In this document: piece after piece, positions 7,659-10,777 of the stretch | Numbering within the stretch: position 1 is the stretch's first letter | Layout: every line of letters starts with the position of its first letter | Source of the DNA: Prasinococcaceae sp. CCMP 1430 | Taxonomy: Eukaryota > Plantae > Prasinodermophyta | Direction: 5' to 3' | Assembly (NCBI GenBank): GCA_013416795.1 | Contig: RQSC01000026.1 | Coordinates: 295,841-306,617 of the forward strand | Length of the DNA: 10,777 nt | Notes under the pieces: generated by a model | What the model was told of the DNA's origin: nothing | The model's database searches: none | The model's input: only the letters and a program-made list of their open reading frames with translations | Position numbers and translations under genes: made by a program

Positions 7659-7934
7659 AGAGGCGGTGGGCTTGTCGCCGATGGTCTCCTCGAAAGCTTG
7701 TCTTCAGCCGACGCACCGCCGCGGGCGCACTCCTGTGCGCCAGCGACGTCTCTCGCGCACACGCTTCGGCACACGCGCAGCCCGGCGAGTGGGCGCATGC
7801 GCGTGCGCGCGCGTGTCAGCGTCGGCGCCTTCCTGTACCTTTTGCGCGAGGTTGTACATGTACACGTTGAAGCCGACGAAGCCCACCACGAGCGCCACCA
7901 CCACGAAGAGCACGATCGCGGTCTCCGAGGACAT
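7216..7934 (-). CDS. S1FA: S1FA-family small protein (single hydrophobic helix plus Lys-rich tail), 64 aa; exons 7934-7839, 7559-7490, 7244-7216
   Basis: Spliced product MSSETAIVLFVVVALVVGFVGFNVYMYNLAQK|EYPRKPQKKLGKKKMKKLAEKGDG|GYQHSSIE*. It matches the recalled plant S1Fa pattern (LIVLLV..L..F..NY..Y.YAQK..PP+KKKP.SKKK.K+). Donors AAG|GTACAG and G|GTGCGA, acceptors CCGCAG and CGTCAG, and a GCTGAC branch motif about 30-40 nt before each acceptor. The third exon is the least certain. Confidence 0.8.
7616..7658. repeat. Poly(C)/poly(G) homopolymer, 43 nt, within intron 1 of the S1FA-like gene
   Basis: Counted directly from the sequence. Confidence 0.9.
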
Positions 7935-8065
7935 CGCGTCGCCGCGCGAGGGGGTGGGGCGGGGCGGGGGCCGCTCCGCGGCCGCACGTGGCGGGCGCGG
8001 GGCGGGGCGCACGGCGGTGGTGAGCCGCCGAGGCCGCCGCGGAGGGGGCCGCGCAGGTTGCCAGC
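7935..8065. promoter_or_regulatory. Putative short divergent promoter region between the S1FA-like and E3 ligase genes
   Basis: Head-to-head gene arrangement, GGGGCGGGG GC-box-like motifs (about 7957-7969 and 7999-8007) and CACGTG (7985-7990). Function is inferred only. Confidence 0.4.
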
Positions 8066-9811
8066 GTGGTCGTGAGCCTCAGCGTGCCGGCGGCCGGCGG
8101 CCGCGGCAACTCCCACGCGCTGGGGCCCTCCCTTCACTACCCGCCGAATGTGACCGGCACATTCGGCGGGAAGTGGGCGCTCGCCGCCGCGCCGACCGGG
8201 GCCGCAGCTCCGACCCTTTCCCCCCCGCCCATCTCGCCGTTCCCCAAGGGCGGAGGGGGCGTCATCATGTTCCAGCTGGTGAGCACCCCCACAGCGATAG
8301 ACGGCGTGCACGACGTGCGCGGGGAGATGGTGCTGCGCGACGGCGAGTTCCTCTCGCCGAACGACGTCCACCTGGGCATCGAGGGGTCGTACATCACGCG
8401 GCTGGGGCAGCTGCGCGCCGTCGTGAGCCGCGCGGGCCTCTCGAGCGGCGTCACCAACTCGCCCACGGAGCCCAGCCACGGCTGGCTGATCGAGCCTGCC
8501 GGCGTGCGCATGCCCGACGCCGCCGCGGCCGCGGCCGCGACGCGCGCAGCAATGGCGCGCGAGCGCAGTGAGGCGCGCGGCAGGGCCGCCGCGCGGGGGA
8601 AGGAGGCGAAGCCCATACCGCTCTCCGAGTGCCCGCTGACGCTGTCGGCGCAGTTCGCGCCCTCGCGGCGCGGCACGGGGGGTAGCAGCGGAGAGGGCAA
8701 GGGCTCGCAGCAGCTGGTGGTCGAGACGGCCGCGCTCGCGTCGGAGATGTGCACCTTTGCGGCGGAGGTGACGGCGGAGGAGGCCAGCCTGGAGCAATAC
8801 TTCCGGCGCGCGATGTCGTATACCGTCATGGTCATGGTCGCCAACATGCTGCAGGTGGGGCTGCTTGTGCGGCAGATGGCGCGCACTGCCTCGCCGGCGG
8901 CGGCGCGGCACGTCTCCGTGCTGTGCATTGGGAACCTGGCGCTCATCGATGCGTTCGAGTGCATGCTGCACCTCACGGCAGGCATGGTCATCGAGTCGCT
9001 TCTCGCCACCTTCGGAAGTCTGGCGTTCTTCAAGTTCATCACGTTCTCGGTGCTCGAGATGCGCTACGTCCTCACGGTGTGGAAGGCGCAGCGGCCCAGC
9101 GGCTTCTCCGTCACGGACGGCGCCGCGCGCCACGAGCTCGGCATGTTGTACGTGCGCTTCTACGCCCTCTTGTGCCTGTCTATCTTCTTGTTGTTCAAGG
9201 GGGAACGGTACGCGCACTACGCCATCTTCGCGTCTTACTCATTTTGGGTGCCGCAGATCGTGCGCTCGGCCGTCCTGGACGCGCGCAGGCCGCTGAACAA
9301 GGGATTCATCGTCGGCACGTCCGTGACTCGCCTGATCGCGCCGCTCTACTACTTCGGCTACAAAGCCAACTTCCTCAACGTGCGCCCAAATCCGGCGTTC
9401 TGCGCGGCGCTGTGCGCGTGGGTGGGCGCGCAGACTGCTGTGCTCCTGCTGCAGCACACGCTCGGGGCGCGTTTCTTTGTGCCAAGAGCGTTCCTCCCGG
9501 CGAAATACGACTACTTTCAAAACGTCACTCCCAAGATCCTCAACGCGGCCAGGGACGGCGTCGACCTCGAGGCGGGCGGGGGGACGACCGACCCCGCCGC
9601 GGGCGACAAGCCCGCGACCGACCAGAAGGATCCCTCGGTGGAGTGTGCCATTTGCTTCCTGCCGGTGGACCTCTCCGACCGGCGCCTGGGACGGCGCATC
9701 GACCGCGTCATCACACCTTGCGACCACGTCTTTCACGAGGAGTGCCTCAGCCGGTGGATGGACGTCAAGCAGGAGTGCCCCGTCTGCCGCGGGGAGCTGC
9801 CCTCGCTGTGA
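8066..9811 (+). CDS. FLY1: Transmembrane RING-H2 E3 ubiquitin ligase of the FLY1/Tul1 (DSC complex) family; true start uncertain
   Basis: Luminal motif NVTGTFGGKW. Multi-TM region with LQVGLLVRQM, DAFECMLHLTAG, FFKFITFSVLEMRY, YSFWVPQI, TRLIAPLYYFG and LLLQHTLGARFFVP..LP.KYDY. C-terminal RING-H2 CAIC...TPCDHVFHEECLSRWMDVKQECPVCRGELP. No introns are needed within 8066-9811. First in-frame ATG is at 8267. Confidence 0.92.
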   Translation: MVVSLSVPAAGGRGNSHALGPSLHYPPNVTGTFGGKWALAAAPTGAAAPTLSPPPISPFPKGGGGVIMFQLVSTPTAIDGVHDVRGEMVLRDGEFLSPNDVHLGIEGSYITRLGQLRAVVSRAGLSSGVTNSPTEPSHGWLIEPAGVRMPDAAAAAAATRAAMARERSEARGRAAARGKEAKPIPLSECPLTLSAQFAPSRRGTGGSSGEGKGSQQLVVETAALASEMCTFAAEVTAEEASLEQYFRRAMSYTVMVMVANMLQVGLLVRQMARTASPAAARHVSVLCIGNLALIDAFECMLHLTAGMVIESLLATFGSLAFFKFITFSVLEMRYVLTVWKAQRPSGFSVTDGAARHELGMLYVRFYALLCLSIFLLFKGERYAHYAIFASYSFWVPQIVRSAVLDARRPLNKGFIVGTSVTRLIAPLYYFGYKANFLNVRPNPAFCAALCAWVGAQTAVLLLQHTLGARFFVPRAFLPAKYDYFQNVTPKILNAARDGVDLEAGGGTTDPAAGDKPATDQKDPSVECAICFLPVDLSDRRLGRRIDRVITPCDHVFHEECLSRWMDVKQECPVCRGELPSL

Positions 9812-9972
9812 CAGGCGCTCGCACGTGCGCGCGGCGGGGTCGGTGAGCGGGCTGGGGCATTCGCGCGCCGCGGGGACCGTTGTATCATCAGTCGTACGTG
9901 TGGCGGATCGCTATGCCGCTCGCAACCTGGCTAGAGGTGGCCACTACTTGGGTGTCCTCCCGTGTACAGGAC

Positions 9973-9977
9973 TGTAA
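9973..9977 (+). promoter_or_regulatory. Candidate green-algal polyadenylation signal TGTAA for the E3 ligase mRNA
   Basis: TGTAA about 160 nt after the stop codon in an AT-rich patch. UGUAA is the established near-upstream element in chlorophytes. Confidence 0.45.
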
Positions 9978-10033
9978 TATAAAAGAAATGCTTGTATACA
10001 TGTGCGTTGCTGCTGCGGCGTGTGCGGCGGCCC

Positions 10034-10777
10034 TCACCGATCCCCTGCGTCGCCCGCACCGTCGGCGCGTTCCAGGCACGTGACCAGCGTGATGACCATG
10101 CACGCGCCTAGGCACCCCCCGGCGCTCACGTCGGTCAGCCAGTGCACGTCGGCGACGACGCGCGAGGCGGCGGTGATCCCGCCCGCCGCGGCCGTTAGCG
10201 GCAGAGCGCGCTCTCTCACGGCGGCGGCCGCGTCGGCCCACGTGTCGGCGCCCTCCTCTCGCCACGCCTCCTCGGCGGCCGGCAGCAGCGCGAAGAGCAG
10301 CGTTCCCACCCAGAGCACCGCCGCGGTGGTGTGCCCGCTGGGGAAGGCGAAGCTCTGCCCGTATGCGGCGCCGCCGTAGAGCGCCGCGCCCGCGGGCGGA
10401 CGCGGTCGCTGCACCGCGTACTTGACGGCGCCCACGAGCACGCCGGTGGGCTGCACGAAGCCCAGGTGCGGCACGAAGCCGCCGAGCGCGTGGCCGGCCA
10501 GCGCAGCCTTGCCGGCACGCCTGCCGCGCGGCGTCGCCGCGAGCGTCGGCGCGAGCGCCACGGACGCCGCCAGCGCGGCGTCGATGCACGCGTTGCTCGT
10601 GACGTGCGAGGCGAACACTCGCGCCTCTCGCGGGACGTGCGACTGGACGGCGTCCGCGACGAATGTGTCGAGCGGCTGCACCGCGTGCAGAGCGGTCACG
10701 TCGACGGTGAGCGCGGCGAGAATCGCCAGCGGCGCCCCCGCGCGCCGCGCGCACTCGGCCGCGAGGGGCGCGCGCGC
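10034..10777 (-). CDS. PAP2-superfamily membrane lipid phosphatase (phosphatidic acid / lipid-phosphate phosphatase-like); 5'-truncated
   Basis: All three PAP2 motifs are present: C1 KYAVQRPRP, C2 FPSGH, C3 SRVVADVHWLTD, with hydrophobic segments between them. The frame is open to the window end. Stop TGA 10036-10034. Confidence 0.92.
   Translation of the reverse strand, partial: ARAPLAAECARRAGAPLAILAALTVDVTALHAVQPLDTFVADAVQSHVPREARVFASHVTSNACIDAALAASVALAPTLAATPRGRRAGKAALAGHALGGFVPHLGFVQPTGVLVGAVKYAVQRPRPPAGAALYGGAAYGQSFAFPSGHTTAAVLWVGTLLFALLPAAEEAWREEGADTWADAAAAVRERALPLTAAAGGITAASRVVADVHWLTDVSAGGCLGACMVITLVTCLERADGAGDAGDR

Noticed and set aside
8020-8056. 37-nt GT-AG mini-intron removing the in-frame stop upstream of the E3 ligase
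   Set aside because: Much shorter than the other introns here (124-279 nt), no branch motif, and the upstream frame overlaps S1FA exon 1 in antisense without a signal peptide.
7327-9217. Long overlapping ORFs (7327-8571 +, 7592-9217 -, 8137-9042 -) and similar Arg/Ala/Gly-rich ORFs throughout the window
   Set aside because: Shadow or alternative frames of real high-GC genes where stop codons are scarce; no motifs.
1-10777. Functional gene cluster, CRISPR array or autonomous mobile element
   Set aside because: The genes have unrelated housekeeping functions. No repeat-spacer array, transposase, integrase or reverse transcriptase was seen.

Overview
High-GC, intron-containing eukaryotic nuclear DNA. 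It is most likely from a compact green-algal (prasinophyte-grade) genome, inferred from a plastid-type aldolase with transit peptide, plant-type S1FA and FLY1 homologues, CTGAC branch points and a TGTAA motif. Six genes alternate in strand: (1) TYW1 wybutosine radical-SAM enzyme, 5'-truncated (+, <3-1625); (2) the last two exons of an hnRNP F/H-like qRRM protein (-, 1834-2422), whose 5' part probably lies in an 871-nt N gap; (3) a three-exon plastid class I fructose-bisphosphate aldolase (+, 5429-6982); (4) a three-exon 64-aa S1FA-like protein not reconstructed by the ORF track (-, 7216-7934); (5) a FLY1/Tul1-type transmembrane RING-H2 E3 ligase (+, ~8066-9811); (6) a PAP2-family phosphatase, 5'-truncated (-, 10034->10777). 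The 1.8-kb region between the gap and the aldolase is not explained by these genes. It contains a low-GC island with a 79-bp imperfect inverted repeat (282-bp foldback/MITE-like unit), a possible unannotated spliced transcript, and a block of long (CG)n tracts interleaved with hairpins. Other leads are an E3 ligase whose conserved N-terminus lies upstream of its first AUG (candidate GUG start) and a probable GC-AG intron. I found no clear multi-gene novel system. All family assignments come from recalled motifs, not database searches.
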